A stretch of DNA of 64,000 nucleotides from a virus (lineage: Duplodnaviria > Caudoviricetes): positions 23,736-87,735 of the IMG/VR virus record IMGVR_UViG_2667527228_000001. One strand, given 5' to 3'. Below are positions 63,791 through 64,000 of this stretch, piece after piece (within the stretch, counting starts at the first letter, position 1; every line of letters begins with the position of its first letter). The notes under the pieces were generated by a model. The model had not been told where the DNA came from, made no database searches, and saw only the letters and a list, made by a program, of their open reading frames with translations. The position numbers were made by a program, and so were the translations under genes.

Positions 63791-64000
63791 TTACTCAGGC
63801 GTCATCATCACCGCGAGCGTCATCTTGATGAACTCTTCATTCTTGTCGATGGCTTCCAGGGCGCCGCGCACATTGTCGGCGACATCGGCGGAGCCACGGG
63901 CTTCGACCCAGTTGGAAAGCTCCATGATGGCGGCTTCCAGGGCGAGCTGGTTTTCATTGATTTTGAAGAGAAGGGAAGGGAGCAGGTCTGAGTGTGGCAT
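63791..64000 (-). CDS. Small hypothetical protein of the kind seen at Pseudomonas prophage ends
   Basis: 69-aa helical ORF. Confidence 0.7.
   Translation of the reverse strand: MPHSDLLPSLLFKINENQLALEAAIMELSNWVEARGSADVADNVRGALEAIDKNEEFIKMTLAVMMTPE

Larger units (their letters stand above)
23861..64000. mobile_element. Prophage 2 (lambdoid, HK97-like head, siphovirus tail); right att not in window
   Basis: int-xis-early left-cI/cro-replication-Q-holin-head-tail-lysis order. Confidence 0.93.

Overview
Gene content and the tRNA fragment point to a Pseudomonas chromosome. The window is filled by two different temperate prophages in tandem, joined at a 48-bp copy of the 3' half of tRNA-Pro(GGG) (23861-23908). 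Prophage 1 (starts before base 1, ends at 23908) contributes the late region of a contractile-tailed phage: terminase, portal, capsid, sheath/tube, baseplate, Gly-rich fibre, GH19 endolysin and spanins, plus morons (a periplasmic protein, an acyltransferase-3, a LexA-boxed small gene). Prophage 2 (23861 to beyond 64000) is a near-complete lambdoid/HK97-like siphophage: int/xis, early-left operon with a C5 methyltransferase and four antisense membrane-protein morons, cI/cro with operators, O-like initiator with iterons plus DnaB, a second tyrosine recombinase, Q/PR', holin, HNH-terminase-portal-capsid, tail, tailspike, SleB-type endolysin and spanins. The most striking signals are (1) a twin-arginine (Tat) signal peptide in frame upstream of what looks like the usual tailspike start, suggesting an exported isoform of the virion depolymerase; (2) a convergent Gnu-like (Und-PP-GlcNAc 4-epimerase-like) moron beside it; (3) a proteasome-beta/Ntn-hydrolase-like moron; (4) a ~110-nt multi-branch RNA at the 5' end of the PL transcript. 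All family assignments come from motif recognition and gene order, not from database searches.
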